The notes: a model not told the origin generated them from the letters alone. Positions 29,196 to 40,323 are shown, counted from the first letter of the stretch. The stretch is 64,000 nucleotides of DNA from an uncultured Candidatus Melainabacteria bacterium (GCA_934726055.1 CAKVCZ010000003.1:41324-105323); one strand, 5' to 3'. Numbers and translations are program-made.

Positions 29196-29236
29196 AAAGG
29201 TTTACTTTTGGAAAAAATTTATTATAGTGATAGTAT

Positions 29237-29824
29237 ATGCGAAACAAATTAATATGTCTATTATCCATATTGTGTATTTTTACACTCACAGCTACTGCAG
29301 ATGATATAAAGGTAAATTCTAGCAGTGATTGGGGTGCTTTTCAAGGTAATGAAAGTGCATGGGATGGACAAAAAATTATTAAAAATAAAGAATATGAAGA
29401 TATTGTAAAAGAGTTAGAAAGAAGAAAAAATTCCGGCAAAATAAGAGCTCAAAAAAGAGCAGGTGATGCCGTAATGAAAGACATGGAAGGTGGTGAACAT
29501 GATTTTCTTAGCAGCTTTGTGGAACAATATCCATTACTCAATCTTACAGTTCCGTTAGTAACTAAAAGCGGGGAAATTCCTGTTGGGCATTATAAAGTTA
29601 TAGGCAAAAAAATTAATGGAAAGCCTTATATAACTCTGTGTCAATCTTACAATGTTGTTGCAAAAATTCCTGTTTATGAAACGGAAGATGATTTTAATAT
29701 GGATGAAATTAATTTTATTAAAACGGAAGTTGTAAATGATAGAATTTTAAAAATAATGTATGGTTCTATGGCATTTAACGCTTATACATATTTAAATTAT
29801 CAAAATACACAAACTGGGTTATAA
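29237..29824 (+). CDS. hypothetical secreted protein
   Basis: Signal-peptide-like N-terminus (MRNKLICLLSILCIFTLTATA/DD). No recognised domain. Confidence 0.6.
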   Translation: MRNKLICLLSILCIFTLTATADDIKVNSSSDWGAFQGNESAWDGQKIIKNKEYEDIVKELERRKNSGKIRAQKRAGDAVMKDMEGGEHDFLSSFVEQYPLLNLTVPLVTKSGEIPVGHYKVIGKKINGKPYITLCQSYNVVAKIPVYETEDDFNMDEINFIKTEVVNDRILKIMYGSMAFNAYTYLNYQNTQTGL

Positions 29825-29855
29825 AAAAAACTTTATTTTGTGCTAAATTAATATA

Positions 29856-31697
29856 ATGAAAAGAATATTTTATTTATTATTTATATTAATTTTTTTGGTT
29901 ATGGTTTTAAAATCTTGTATAAGACAAGATACTCCTGATGGTGATATAAATAAAAGTCAATCAACACAAACAATTCAGCAAGTTATATTTCCAAATAATC
30001 CAATAAATATTGATATCTTTGGAGTGGAATATTTACAATCTCAAGCACCTGTTGGAAAATTTGGTGGCGAACTTATTGAATCTTCGATAGGAGAAGGTCC
30101 AAAAACGTTTAATCCTTTTACATCAAAAGATGCAACATCATCTACAATGGCAGGATTGATGTTTGACGGATTATTTTCTGTTTCTCCAAAAGATGGTTCA
30201 ATAACACCAAAATTAGCAAAATCATACAATATATTGGATGATGGAAAAGTTTATTTGGTTAATTTAAGAAAAGGTGTAACATGGTCTGACGGAGTTGAAA
30301 TTACCGCAGATGATGTGGTTTTCACGTGGAATAAAATTATATTAGCAGGCCTTGGAAATACATCAACAAGGGATTCTGTTTTAATTGATGGAAAATTACC
30401 AAAAGTAACTAAATTGGATAAATATACCGTAAAATTTGAAATACCAAAACCATTTGCTCCTTTTTTGAGAATTTTAGGAACTCAAATTGCACCAAAACAT
30501 GCTTTTGAAGAAGTTGTAACTTTAGGAAATGTCGATTTTGAACAATTTTATTCGACAAATACTAATCCAAATCTTTTTGTAACGAGTGGTCCGTACAGAT
30601 TAAAAGAATACAAAGCTGCTCAAAGAATAGTTTTTGAAAGAAATCCTAATTATTATATAGTGAATTTAAAAAATCAAAAACTCCCATATTTAGATAAGAT
30701 AGTGTTTTTAATTGTGGGTGATTTGAATAATGAAATTCTAAAATTTGAAGCTAATGAAATAGATGTTATTTCATTGAGAGGTTCAAATGTCGCACCATAC
30801 AAGGCAAAAGAAGCACAGTCAAATTATAAAATATATAATTTAGGTCCCGATACAGGAACAATGTTTGTTGCATTCAATTTGAATTCAAGAAAAAATAAGG
30901 ATAATAATTATAATGTGGCACCTGAAAAACAACACTGGTTTAGAGATAGAAATTTTCGAACTGCAATTGATTATGCTTTAGATAGGAAAAGTATGGTTCA
31001 AAATATTGCAAATGGCTTGGCAAAACCATTATTTACCGCAGAAAGTTTAAATTCAATTTTTTTGAATAAAAATATAAAAGGTCATGGTAGAGATTTGGCA
31101 AAAGCAAGACATATTTTAGCTGAAAATGGTTATAGTCTTGGTAAAAACAAAAAGTTATATGATGAATATAATAACAAAGTTGAATTTGACTTATATACAA
31201 ATGCTGGTAACACGGAGCGAGAAGCTATTGGTGTTATGGTAAAACAAGACTTGGAAGATTTAGGCATGCAGGTTAATTACAAACCAATTGAATTTAATAC
31301 TCTTGTAAATAAGATGACAACAACGTTTGATTGGGATATGATAATTATGGGGTTAACAGGTTCTCCTCTTGAACCGCATGATGGAAAAAATGTTTGGTTT
31401 TCAAACGGTTCATTGCACATTTTTAATCAACGGATTGATGATAAAAATGATGACAGATTACCATTTGAAAAAAGATTAGATGAAATTTTTGAACAAGCTG
31501 CTTTAAAAACAAATTTTGCAGATAGAAAAAAATTATATGATGAATATCAAGATATAATTTATCGAGAAAAGCCTTTAATTTATTTGTATTCTCCTGTGAG
31601 AATTGTTGCAATAAGGAAAAAATTTAAAAATATTTATCCTTCTGCTCTTTCAGGAATTACGTATAATATTGAAGAAATCTATGAGGATAATAACTGA
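29856..31697 (+). CDS. ABC transporter substrate-binding protein, family 5 (peptide/nickel, OppA/DppA-like)
   Basis: N-terminal signal with a Cys (VLKSC). Its length and blocks are typical of SBP family 5 (TWSDGVEITADDVVFTW, NPNYY). Directly followed by two Opp/Dpp-type permeases. Confidence 0.8.
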   Translation: MKRIFYLLFILIFLVMVLKSCIRQDTPDGDINKSQSTQTIQQVIFPNNPINIDIFGVEYLQSQAPVGKFGGELIESSIGEGPKTFNPFTSKDATSSTMAGLMFDGLFSVSPKDGSITPKLAKSYNILDDGKVYLVNLRKGVTWSDGVEITADDVVFTWNKIILAGLGNTSTRDSVLIDGKLPKVTKLDKYTVKFEIPKPFAPFLRILGTQIAPKHAFEEVVTLGNVDFEQFYSTNTNPNLFVTSGPYRLKEYKAAQRIVFERNPNYYIVNLKNQKLPYLDKIVFLIVGDLNNEILKFEANEIDVISLRGSNVAPYKAKEAQSNYKIYNLGPDTGTMFVAFNLNSRKNKDNNYNVAPEKQHWFRDRNFRTAIDYALDRKSMVQNIANGLAKPLFTAESLNSIFLNKNIKGHGRDLAKARHILAENGYSLGKNKKLYDEYNNKVEFDLYTNAGNTEREAIGVMVKQDLEDLGMQVNYKPIEFNTLVNKMTTTFDWDMIIMGLTGSPLEPHDGKNVWFSNGSLHIFNQRIDDKNDDRLPFEKRLDEIFEQAALKTNFADRKKLYDEYQDIIYREKPLIYLYSPVRIVAIRKKFKNIYPSALSGITYNIEEIYEDNN

Positions 31698-32668
31698 TGC
31701 AGATATTATTTTATATATTAAAAAGAATTTTACAGACAATACCGTTATTGATTTTAGTATCAATAATAAGTTTTTTCATAATAAGACTAAGTCCTGTTGA
31801 TCCATTGGCAGAATTGAAATTAAATCCGTCAATATCAAAAGAAACTTTAAAATCAGAAGAAATTAGATTAGGATTAGATAAACCATTGCCTGTTCAATAT
31901 TTGTTGTGGGCAAAAGGTTTTGTTAGAGGTGATTTAGGTGTTACAACAACAGGAGAACAGGTATCTGTAAAGTTAATGGAGCGAATTCCAAATACATTGT
32001 TGTTGACAATAGTAGTCATTTTTATGTCTTGGATTGTTGGAATTCCTCTGGGAATTTTTGCTGCGATAAATTGGAAAACACCGTTTGATAGGCTTTTGAC
32101 AGTTTTAACAAGTATAGGAATGGCAATTCCATCATTCTTTTTTGCAATATTAATGCTTATTTTTGCGGTTAGAACAGGTTGGTTCCCTGTTGGTGGTTTA
32201 ACATCGTATAATTTTGATGATATGTCTTTGTCAAGGCAAGTATTAGATATTGCATATCATTTATTTTTGCCTGTGCTCGTTTTGTTTACATTATCTTTGG
32301 CAGGTTTACAAAGACAGATGAGGGCAAATTTACTGGACGTGTTGGATAGTGATTATGTAAAATTTGCTAGAGCAAAAGGATTGAGTGAATTTAAAGTTAT
32401 CTTTAAACATGCACTAAGAAATGCGGTGAATCCTATGATAACACTTTTAGGGTTTGAGTTTTCAGGTCTTTTATCCGGAGCAGCTCTTACAGAATATGTT
32501 TTTCAATATCCGGGGCTTGGCAGATTAATTTTGGAAGCAGTTTTGAAATCTGATATTAATCTTGTAATGGCATCTTTGATGATTGGTGCAATTATGTTAG
32601 TTGCAGGTAATTTAATTGCGGATATATTATTGATATTAACAGACCCTCGTATAAGGGCAAAGGCTTAG
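31697..32668 (+). CDS. ABC transporter permease (OppB/DppB-like)
   Basis: TGATG stop/start overlap with the SBP gene. Multi-TM protein with the YVKFARAKGLSE...HALRNA EAA-loop signature. Confidence 0.85.
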   Translation: MQILFYILKRILQTIPLLILVSIISFFIIRLSPVDPLAELKLNPSISKETLKSEEIRLGLDKPLPVQYLLWAKGFVRGDLGVTTTGEQVSVKLMERIPNTLLLTIVVIFMSWIVGIPLGIFAAINWKTPFDRLLTVLTSIGMAIPSFFFAILMLIFAVRTGWFPVGGLTSYNFDDMSLSRQVLDIAYHLFLPVLVLFTLSLAGLQRQMRANLLDVLDSDYVKFARAKGLSEFKVIFKHALRNAVNPMITLLGFEFSGLLSGAALTEYVFQYPGLGRLILEAVLKSDINLVMASLMIGAIMLVAGNLIADILLILTDPRIRAKA

Positions 32669-32685
32669 TTAGTGGGGGTAAGATA

Positions 32686-33753
32686 GTGTTAAAGGAAATT
32701 TTTAAAGGTATATTTAAGGATAAATTTGCAACACTTGCGTTTTTAGTGTTGGTATTTATTTATTTCTGTCTATTTTTTGCAGATATAATTGCTCCATATA
32801 CAAAGGATTATACGGATAGAGAACTTTCTTATGTTCCTCCATCACCTGTTTTTACAATTGATGAAAACGGTAATTTTTCAAAGCCATATACATATAATTA
32901 TAAAAGAGAATATGATGAAAATTTAATGCAAACTGTTTTCAAATTAGATAGAAGTAAAAAATATTACTTGAGATTTTTTACAAATGGTGAAGAATATGAG
33001 TTTTTAGGTTTTATTCCTATGAATATTCATCTTGTAACTGTTGAAAGTGAAGGACGGTTATATCTTTTAGGTGGGGACATAAACGGTAGGGATGTATTTT
33101 CAAGGTTATTATTTGGCGGAAGAATTTCAATGACAATTGGGTTCTTGGCATTGCTTGTATTGTTTCCGATAGGGTTATTATATGGAGGAATTTCCGGATA
33201 TTTTGGAGGAATTATAGATGTAGTTATGATGAGGTTTGCAGAAGCAGTTATGGCTATACCAAGTTTTTATTTATTAATAATTTTGGCTGCGATTTTACCT
33301 TCAAATATGACAAGCACTCAAAGATTAATCCTTATTGTTGTAATATTGGCATTAATTGGCTGGGCAGGATTTGCAAGAGTTGTAAGGGGTATGGTATTAT
33401 CCGTTAAAAATCAAGAATTTGTTCAGTCTGCAAAAATGATAGGTGCTTCAAATTTAAGAATAATTATAAAAGAAATATTGCCGCAAACTACGAGTTATGT
33501 TATAGTAGCGATGACTTTATCTGTTCCGGGATACATTTTGTCAGAAAGCGGATTAAGTTTTTTAGGTTTAGGAATCCAACAACCTGATGCGAGTTGGGGT
33601 AATATGTTAAAAGAGGCTCAAGAATATATAAATATTCTATACAGACCTTGGTTATTAACCCCCGGATTCTTAATTTTTGTTGCAGTTCTGTCATTTAATT
33701 TAATAGGTGATACAATAAGAGATATATTAGATCCAAAAAGCAAGGTAAGATAG
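32686..33753 (+). CDS. ABC transporter permease (OppC/DppC-like)
   Basis: Multi-TM protein with GGDINGRDVFSRLLFGGRISM and FVQSAKMIGASNLRII motifs typical of OppC/DppC. Confidence 0.85.
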   Translation: MLKEIFKGIFKDKFATLAFLVLVFIYFCLFFADIIAPYTKDYTDRELSYVPPSPVFTIDENGNFSKPYTYNYKREYDENLMQTVFKLDRSKKYYLRFFTNGEEYEFLGFIPMNIHLVTVESEGRLYLLGGDINGRDVFSRLLFGGRISMTIGFLALLVLFPIGLLYGGISGYFGGIIDVVMMRFAEAVMAIPSFYLLIILAAILPSNMTSTQRLILIVVILALIGWAGFARVVRGMVLSVKNQEFVQSAKMIGASNLRIIIKEILPQTTSYVIVAMTLSVPGYILSESGLSFLGLGIQQPDASWGNMLKEAQEYINILYRPWLLTPGFLIFVAVLSFNLIGDTIRDILDPKSKVR

Positions 33754-33757
33754 ATAT

Positions 33758-34459
33758 ATGATTCAATACGTTATAAGTTTAACAGCATCAGTAATTTTTG
33801 GATTTTCTCTTGGTTTGGAAAGAGAATTAACCAATAAACAAGCAGGATTAAGAACTCACATTTTTGTATGTTTGGGTTCTTGCGTATTTACACTGCTTTC
33901 GATATATGGATTTCCGACATTTGCATTAGGGGATAATGTTATTATAGATCAGGCAACAGGAGTTCGAGATACTGCACGTTTAGCCGCACAGGTTGTTACA
34001 GGTATTGGTTTTATTGGTGCCGGAACTGTTATGAAAAACGGATCTTCTGTTCATGGGCTTACAACTGCTTCTACTTTATGGATTGCAGCAGGTATTGGTA
34101 TGGCATGTGGTGCAGGAAGATATGATATCGCTTTCTTTGCAACAATTTTGAGTGTATTAGTTTTAATTTGTATTAAGTGGATAGAAAAACACTTTATATC
34201 AAAGAAAAAAATTGTAACAAAATTTGTAAGATTATCTTTAAGATGTGAAAAAAGTAATGTTGAAAAAATTCAAAAATATATTATGGAAGAATTTCCATTT
34301 TTGAGTGAACTGAAAAAAGTTGATTTGGAAGGTGAAAATGTAGCAAAAATAGTTGCGGTAATAAAAGTAAAAAGCCATAATCCAATTCAGTTTTTGTATA
34401 AAAAAGTTGAAAATATTGAAGGAATTAAAAATATTTCTATAAGAGAGACTGATGACTAA
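33758..34459 (+). CDS. MgtC/SapB-family membrane protein
   Basis: GLERE...AGLRTH...GIGFIGAG...GLTTAASLW-like blocks (GLERELTNKQAGLRTHIFV, TGIGFIGAGTVM, GLTTASTLWIAAGIGMA) plus a soluble C-terminal domain. Confidence 0.8.
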   Translation: MIQYVISLTASVIFGFSLGLERELTNKQAGLRTHIFVCLGSCVFTLLSIYGFPTFALGDNVIIDQATGVRDTARLAAQVVTGIGFIGAGTVMKNGSSVHGLTTASTLWIAAGIGMACGAGRYDIAFFATILSVLVLICIKWIEKHFISKKKIVTKFVRLSLRCEKSNVEKIQKYIMEEFPFLSELKKVDLEGENVAKIVAVIKVKSHNPIQFLYKKVENIEGIKNISIRETDD

Positions 34460-35777
34460 AAAGAGAAAAAATCGATTTATAAATTTTTTTAGAAAAAATG
34501 GAAAAGATTATTTAAGAACATTTATGACCACCTTTTTAATAGTTGGTATTTTTGGACTTTTGAATATATTTTATATGATATATTCGATTTTTAACGAAAG
34601 TGCTGCCTCTCCTAAAAAGTTTAATGTAGATTCTGCATTTGAATCATATTTAGTAGATATTTTAATTGAAAAAAATAATGAATTTGCACAAATGTATCCA
34701 AAAAGTTATGCAGTAAACATGCGTCTAGGAATTTTATATGGATATAAGCAGGATTATCAAAATGCAGAAAGAGAATTGAAAAATGCAATAGAAAAAGCTG
34801 TTGATTATGATTATTCACCGAGTTTTCAACTTGCAAAACTTTATATCAAAATGAATAGGCTTAAAGATGCACAGCAGATAATGGATAAAATTGGTGAGAA
34901 ACCGAATAAAAAATTAATAAGATATAAATTACATATTTATACTTTATTGGGAGAGGCATACTATAAACAAGGCTATTATGCTCTTTCTATGATAAAATAT
35001 GAAAAGGCGATTCAATATTATAATGTGTTTAAAATAAAAGAATTCGATTATATTTTTCAATCTTATGTAAAATCTTGTATTTCTTTGGCGGATTGGTGTG
35101 TTGATCAGGATAAAATTGATGAAGCTTTTATGGCATTAGAAAAAGCATATAAAATTGATCCTGAAAATGTAATAATAAATTATAAATTAGGCTTGTTAAA
35201 TATTGATAATGATCCGTATAAAGCTTATGATTATCTGTATTTTGTCAACAAGAAAGATCCTCAGATTGTAAATTATGATGCATATTTTGATTTAATGAAT
35301 GAGTTGGCAAAATTAGAAGATGAAGAGGGCAATTTTACAAATGGAGAATTATACAGAAAAAGAGCATTACAATATCAAAAATTTGTAAAAAATAATTTGT
35401 TATTTGATAAAGATTTGTTTATTGATATTATGAGATTAGATGTTCATCCGGATCTTGCTGCACAAGAATATTTGATGAACGTTCAATTTAGGATTCAAAA
35501 CAATTCAAGTTTAGATATAGATAATTTGTCTGTAAAAGTTATTTTTAAATCAGGCAATAAACAAATTCAAGAATTTACACAAAAAATCTTTGATGAAACA
35601 AGAATTTTTAAAGCCGGCATGTTAACTCCGCCAATTGTTATTAGTGCTTCAGAATCTTATAAAGACAAAAAAGTTATTAAAGAAGATATGTCAGTTGAAA
35701 TTTGGGCATATAAATATCCAAAATATCAGATAAAACTTTATTCACAGACATTTAAAGCTCCTGCGATTAATCCTTAA
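34452..35777 (+). CDS. membrane-anchored TPR-like hypothetical protein
   Basis: Overlaps the mgtC-like stop by 8 nt. One N-terminal TM helix followed by TPR-like repeats (YQNAERELKNAIE..., YYALSMIKYEKAIQY). Confidence 0.6.
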   Translation: MTKKRKNRFINFFRKNGKDYLRTFMTTFLIVGIFGLLNIFYMIYSIFNESAASPKKFNVDSAFESYLVDILIEKNNEFAQMYPKSYAVNMRLGILYGYKQDYQNAERELKNAIEKAVDYDYSPSFQLAKLYIKMNRLKDAQQIMDKIGEKPNKKLIRYKLHIYTLLGEAYYKQGYYALSMIKYEKAIQYYNVFKIKEFDYIFQSYVKSCISLADWCVDQDKIDEAFMALEKAYKIDPENVIINYKLGLLNIDNDPYKAYDYLYFVNKKDPQIVNYDAYFDLMNELAKLEDEEGNFTNGELYRKRALQYQKFVKNNLLFDKDLFIDIMRLDVHPDLAAQEYLMNVQFRIQNNSSLDIDNLSVKVIFKSGNKQIQEFTQKIFDETRIFKAGMLTPPIVISASESYKDKKVIKEDMSVEIWAYKYPKYQIKLYSQTFKAPAINP

Positions 35778-37518
35778 ATATTTGCATTTGGCAGTCTTTA
35801 CAATCAAATTTTAATTTATATCTTTGATTTTTTTCATCAATTAGAAATAAATCAATTGGTTTTTGACATAAATTGAATGCAAATTTTAGACAGTGTTTAG
35901 TTGTCATAAGTGCTTTTTGTGCACTTTGGGTTCCACCTTCTATCGCTGTTTCTGTTATTTTGCAGTTACATTTTTGATAAAATAATTTTGCATATTTGTT
36001 AAGGACATTTGCTCTATAATCGTATTCTTTCAGTGGAAAATCTGTGTAGTTTAGCGGTTTTTGAAATTCTCGTTTATAGTTTTTGAGCCTTTCATTCATT
36101 AATTTTTTAAACAAATTGCGGCGTAGTTCGTTTATTTGTGAAATCGGTAAAAATGGGATATTTTTACTTTCAAATTGTATAGAATTGCAGAAAAAATCAC
36201 TTTCGCCTGTTTTTTTAAATTGTTTTTCAAATGTTTGTTTTATTTTTTCTTGATTTTGTGCATTTTCGCTTGAGAGTATTTTTAAAGATACGTAATTGTC
36301 ATCTTCATCTTTTGCAAAAATTTCATCGTCCTTTATATTTACATTCACTACAATTTGACGTTTTGTTTTGGAATTTTTTAATTGTTTTTCAAATTCGATA
36401 TCTAAATTCCTGAATACAGTTATTCCTTCTTTAATATTATCCATTTTGTTAGGATAAATTTTATTTCCTTCGACTTTATTTACGAGGCATCCGTTAGAAT
36501 TAAAATAGAGTCCGTCTTGTGCGTGTAGTGAATGATTATTTATTACAAAATAATTTTTACCTACTTTTTCAATTTTTCCGACTTTTTCTCCAATAGATTT
36601 TGGAGTGTCAAAATTATAAATTTTTCCGCGTTTATCCAAAAAATAGTCAGTAAAACCTCGATTAAAAGATTTGCTTACGTTTGGTTCAAAATCAAAAAAT
36701 ATTTTGCCGGAAGAACTTTTTTCACTCACTTTATCAAGTTTCTGTCGATAAAATCCGACAACATTTTTTATATAGTTTTCATCTTTTAATCGACCTTCTA
36801 TTTTAAAAGAAGTAACTCCTGCATTTGCAAGTTTTTCAATATATTCAGATGCATTAAAATCTTTTAAACTTAAAAGATGTTTATTTTCAGCATAAATTTT
36901 ATTATTACTATCAATTAATGTGTATTTTTTTCTGCAAGGTTGAGCACATTCTCCTCTATTTGCAGAACGTCCGCCTATTGATTGACTTAAATAACATTGA
37001 CCGCTATAACTTACGCACAAAGCTCCATGAATAAATGTTTCAATTTCGCAATTTGTATTCTTGCAAATATCATATATTTCTTTCAATGATAGTTCTCTTG
37101 CTAAAATTACTCGTTTAATTCCTAATTTATCAAAAAATTTAACTTTTTCTAATGTTCTATTATCGCATTGAGTGCTTGCATATAGAGGAATTGGCGGAAG
37201 TTTATTTTGTATAGCAAGTTCCAAAATACCCATATCTTGAATTATTAATCCGTCAACACCTATTTCGTAAAGGTTTTTTATTAAGTCAATTGCCCTTAAA
37301 ATTTCATCATCATTTAAAATAGTATTTACTGTACAGTAAATTCTTACGTAAAACTTATGTGCGTAATCTACTATTTCTTTTATATCTTCAATTGTATTTG
37401 CGGCATTTTTTCTTGCCCCAAATAAATTTGCACCTATATAAACTGCATCTGCACCGTAATCTATTGCTGCAATTGCACATTGTTTGTTTTGAGCAGGTGC
37501 GAGAAGTTCTAATTTCAT
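35767..37518 (-). CDS. peptidase U32-family protein
   Basis: MKLELLAPAQN...AAIDYGADAVYIG N-terminus and the E-x-F-x-H-G-A-L-C-x-S-Y-S-G-x-C signature (ETFIHGALCVSYSGQCYLS). Confidence 0.85.
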   Translation of the reverse strand: MKLELLAPAQNKQCAIAAIDYGADAVYIGANLFGARKNAANTIEDIKEIVDYAHKFYVRIYCTVNTILNDDEILRAIDLIKNLYEIGVDGLIIQDMGILELAIQNKLPPIPLYASTQCDNRTLEKVKFFDKLGIKRVILARELSLKEIYDICKNTNCEIETFIHGALCVSYSGQCYLSQSIGGRSANRGECAQPCRKKYTLIDSNNKIYAENKHLLSLKDFNASEYIEKLANAGVTSFKIEGRLKDENYIKNVVGFYRQKLDKVSEKSSSGKIFFDFEPNVSKSFNRGFTDYFLDKRGKIYNFDTPKSIGEKVGKIEKVGKNYFVINNHSLHAQDGLYFNSNGCLVNKVEGNKIYPNKMDNIKEGITVFRNLDIEFEKQLKNSKTKRQIVVNVNIKDDEIFAKDEDDNYVSLKILSSENAQNQEKIKQTFEKQFKKTGESDFFCNSIQFESKNIPFLPISQINELRRNLFKKLMNERLKNYKREFQKPLNYTDFPLKEYDYRANVLNKYAKLFYQKCNCKITETAIEGGTQSAQKALMTTKHCLKFAFNLCQKPIDLFLIDEKNQRYKLKFDCKDCQMQIFKD

Positions 37519-37520
37519 TA

Positions 37521-38456
37521 TTATTTGATACTTTCAAAATATTGAATAGTTTTTATTAAACCATCTCTTAACTTAACAGTTGGTTCATAACCAAGCTCTT
37601 TTCTTGCTCTGGTTAAATCAGGACGACGTTTTGTCGGATCATCTGATGGTAAATCCTTGTAAATTATTTTGGATTTAGAACCTGTTAATTCAATGACTTG
37701 TTCTGCGAGTTCTTTAATTGTAAATTCTCCGTCATTACCAATATTTACCGGTTCAAAATAGTTATCTTTCTCCATTAATGATATCATTCCGCGAACCAAA
37801 TCATCAACATAGCAGAAAGAACGTGTTTGTGAGCCATCACCGTAAATTGTTATATCTTCTCCGTTAAGAGCTTGAACAATGAAGTTTGAAACAACTCTGC
37901 CGTCATTTTTAGCCATTCTTGGACCATAGGTATTAAATATTCTTATAATTCTTGTATCTACATTGTTTTGACGGTGATAATCCATCATCAATGTTTCTGC
38001 TACACGTTTACCTTCGTCATAGCAACTTCTGATTCCAATAGTATTTACATTTCCCCAATACACTTCCTTTTGAGGATGCATTAGAGGATCACCATAAACT
38101 TCACTTGTTGATGCTTGTAAGATTCTTGCTTTTACTCTTTTTGCAAGTCCAAGCATATTTGTAATTCCTAAAACGCTCGTTTTAATTGTTTTTATTGGAT
38201 TATATTGGTAATGAACCGGACTTGCAGGACATGCAAGGTTATATATTTGATTTACTTCAAGTCTTATTTCTTCTGTAACATCGTGTCTTATAAATTCAAA
38301 TTTTTTGTTATCTAAAAGATGTTCAATATTTTTTTTCGAACCTGTAAAAAAATTGTCCAAACAGATGACGTAATTTCCTTGATTTAAAAGTTTTTCACAT
38401 AGATGAGAGCCGATAAATCCTGCTCCTCCTGTAACTAATATTGTCTTTTGTTCCAT
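37521..38456 (-). CDS. UDP-glucuronate decarboxylase (UDP-xylose synthase)-type SDR
   Basis: [31 protein letters not shown] and [10 protein letters not shown] (YxxxK) are typical of UXS. I place the start at the ATG preceded by AGAGGA (38456) rather than the ORF-track start at 38486. Confidence 0.8.
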   Translation of the reverse strand: MEQKTILVTGGAGFIGSHLCEKLLNQGNYVICLDNFFTGSKKNIEHLLDNKKFEFIRHDVTEEIRLEVNQIYNLACPASPVHYQYNPIKTIKTSVLGITNMLGLAKRVKARILQASTSEVYGDPLMHPQKEVYWGNVNTIGIRSCYDEGKRVAETLMMDYHRQNNVDTRIIRIFNTYGPRMAKNDGRVVSNFIVQALNGEDITIYGDGSQTRSFCYVDDLVRGMISLMEKDNYFEPVNIGNDGEFTIKELAEQVIELTGSKSKIIYKDLPSDDPTKRRPDLTRARKELGYEPTVKLRDGLIKTIQYFESIK

Positions 38457-38919
38457 TTTTAATCCTCTTTTTTTATATTCTATCATAAATTAATAAAATT
38501 GTTTCAAGTTGTTAATATTATTAAGTTTTGGTAATAATCGCTAAAAATACCATGCCTACATGATTGCAATAGTTTTTTACATTATTTTAACAAAAATTAT
38601 GTAAATTTTTTATATAAAGTGTATATTTTGGGTAAATAAGACTATACTAACCTAAAGGGATTTTTAATAAAAATTAATGTAAAAAGATTGTCATGTTTCA
38701 ATAAAATTAAGGATTTTTTACGTATTTTTGGTTTATTATAATTATACAGTCTTGGGGGGCGGGGTTAGTTATCTCGCAAAGAAAATATAATTAAATTTTT
38801 TGGTGTTTAGTCCAAAATATCCGATGTTTTAAGTCTTTTTATTTATCACCTAAATATCGGATGAAGTATTTTCAAAAAAATATTAAAATCAGATTAGAAA
38901 GTTTAATTGGAGGCATAAG

Positions 38920-39450
38920 TTGTTAGAACGCGGCTATATACAAATCTACACAGGTGATGGTAAGGGTAAAACAACAGCATCATTGGGTTTAGCTATGAGA
39001 GCTTTAGGTCATGGCTGGAAAGTTCTAATTATTCAATTCACAAAAGGTGATAGTGCCACTTCTTATGGTGAAATTGTTTCTGGCGGTATGTTTCCAAACT
39101 TAAAAATTGTTCAATGTGGTATGGATAGAGTTGTTTATTCTCATAATATTTGTTTAGATGATTTTAAAGAAGCTAAAAAGGGTTGGGAATTAGCCAAAGA
39201 AGCTATTGAAAGCAACGAATATCAATTGATTATTTTAGATGAAATTAATATTGCTATTGCAATGAATATGATTAAAGTTTCAGATGTTAAAGAAGCATTG
39301 TTGCATAAACCTGAAAATCTTGAAATTGTTTTAACAGGCCGTTATGCACATCCGGAATTGAAAGCAATGGCTCACCTTGTAACAGAAATGAAACCTATTA
39401 AACACTATTTCGACATTGGTGTTATGGCAAGACAAGGTATTGAGTATTAG
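38920..39450 (+). CDS. cobO: cob(I)yrinic acid a,c-diamide / cob(I)alamin adenosyltransferase
   Basis: TTG start 6 nt after GGAGG. IQIYTGDGKGKTTASLGLAMRALGHG...LDEIN motifs of the CobA/CobO/BtuR family. Confidence 0.85.
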   Translation: MLERGYIQIYTGDGKGKTTASLGLAMRALGHGWKVLIIQFTKGDSATSYGEIVSGGMFPNLKIVQCGMDRVVYSHNICLDDFKEAKKGWELAKEAIESNEYQLIILDEINIAIAMNMIKVSDVKEALLHKPENLEIVLTGRYAHPELKAMAHLVTEMKPIKHYFDIGVMARQGIEY

Positions 39451-40323
39451 TTAAAATATTTTGTAATAAAGCTTTTTAAGACTCGGAATTATTTTTTCGA
39501 GTCTTATTAATTTTAAAAATTTTGAGATTATTTTTGATAAATTAATAAAAATACGTATAAATACCATTTTTACAAAGCAATTTAACGTTAATACAAATAG
39601 ATTAAAATCTTTATTTTGTTTGTAAACATCATAATATGCGAGTGCATTCACAAGTTTATATTTACGTTTTCTGCTTTTTGAGATATAGCTTTGATTATGT
39701 ATTCGCCAATTTGTAAGTTTTTCATTTATATAACAGGATTTCGCGTTTTTTGTTATATGAATATAAAACCACCAGTCAAAAAGTTCATCTACCGGTGTAT
39801 TAAGAGCTTGTTCATTTATTAATTCCTTTTTAATCATTACACTTGATAATGTCAAAATTATATTTCGTGTTTGAAAAAGTTTAAAAATATTTGTTGGAAA
39901 GTCAATTTTATTTAAAATTTGTTCTGTTTTATTAACAATTCTGAGTTTATTTTGTATATTTTCTGAATTTCCGATAAGATTAACTGAGTTGAATACAATA
40001 TCCGCGTTATCCGCTTCATTAATGCGTGTTTGGAGTGTGTTAGGATAAAACACGTCGTCGCTTTCCAAAAAAGCTATCCATTCGCCTTGTGCATACTTTA
40101 AACCGGTCTTAATAGATTCTTTAAGTCCTTTATTTTTGTTATGACATATAAGTTTTATTCTTTTATCATCAGTAAAAGTCTTTATAATTTCAACAGAATT
40201 ATCACTTGATGCATCATCTACAATTATAAGTTCCCAATCACAATAAGTCTGTGCTTGCACAGACTTAATTGTTTCTGAAATATATTCACTATAATTATAG
40301 CTTGTTGTAATTACTGAAATCAT
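39451..40323 (-). CDS. family 2 glycosyltransferase
   Basis: ISVITTSYNYSEYISETIKSVQAQTY.DWELIIVDDASSDNS and ESDD motifs. Confidence 0.8.
   Translation of the reverse strand: MISVITTSYNYSEYISETIKSVQAQTYCDWELIIVDDASSDNSVEIIKTFTDDKRIKLICHNKNKGLKESIKTGLKYAQGEWIAFLESDDVFYPNTLQTRINEADNADIVFNSVNLIGNSENIQNKLRIVNKTEQILNKIDFPTNIFKLFQTRNIILTLSSVMIKKELINEQALNTPVDELFDWWFYIHITKNAKSCYINEKLTNWRIHNQSYISKSRKRKYKLVNALAYYDVYKQNKDFNLFVLTLNCFVKMVFIRIFINLSKIISKFLKLIRLEKIIPSLKKLYYKIF

Noticed and set aside
38487-38919. A cobalamin riboswitch or other known riboswitch in the 430-bp region upstream of cobO. This includes an odd G-run (ttggggggcggggtt at about 38751-38765) and an imperfect stem (atccgat at about 38820-38826 / atcggat at about 38855-38861).
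   Set aside because: No B12-box or GCCACTG core is present on either strand. The G-run has only two tracts, which is insufficient for a G-quadruplex. The stem has a loop of about 28 nt and no T tract. I cannot support a call.
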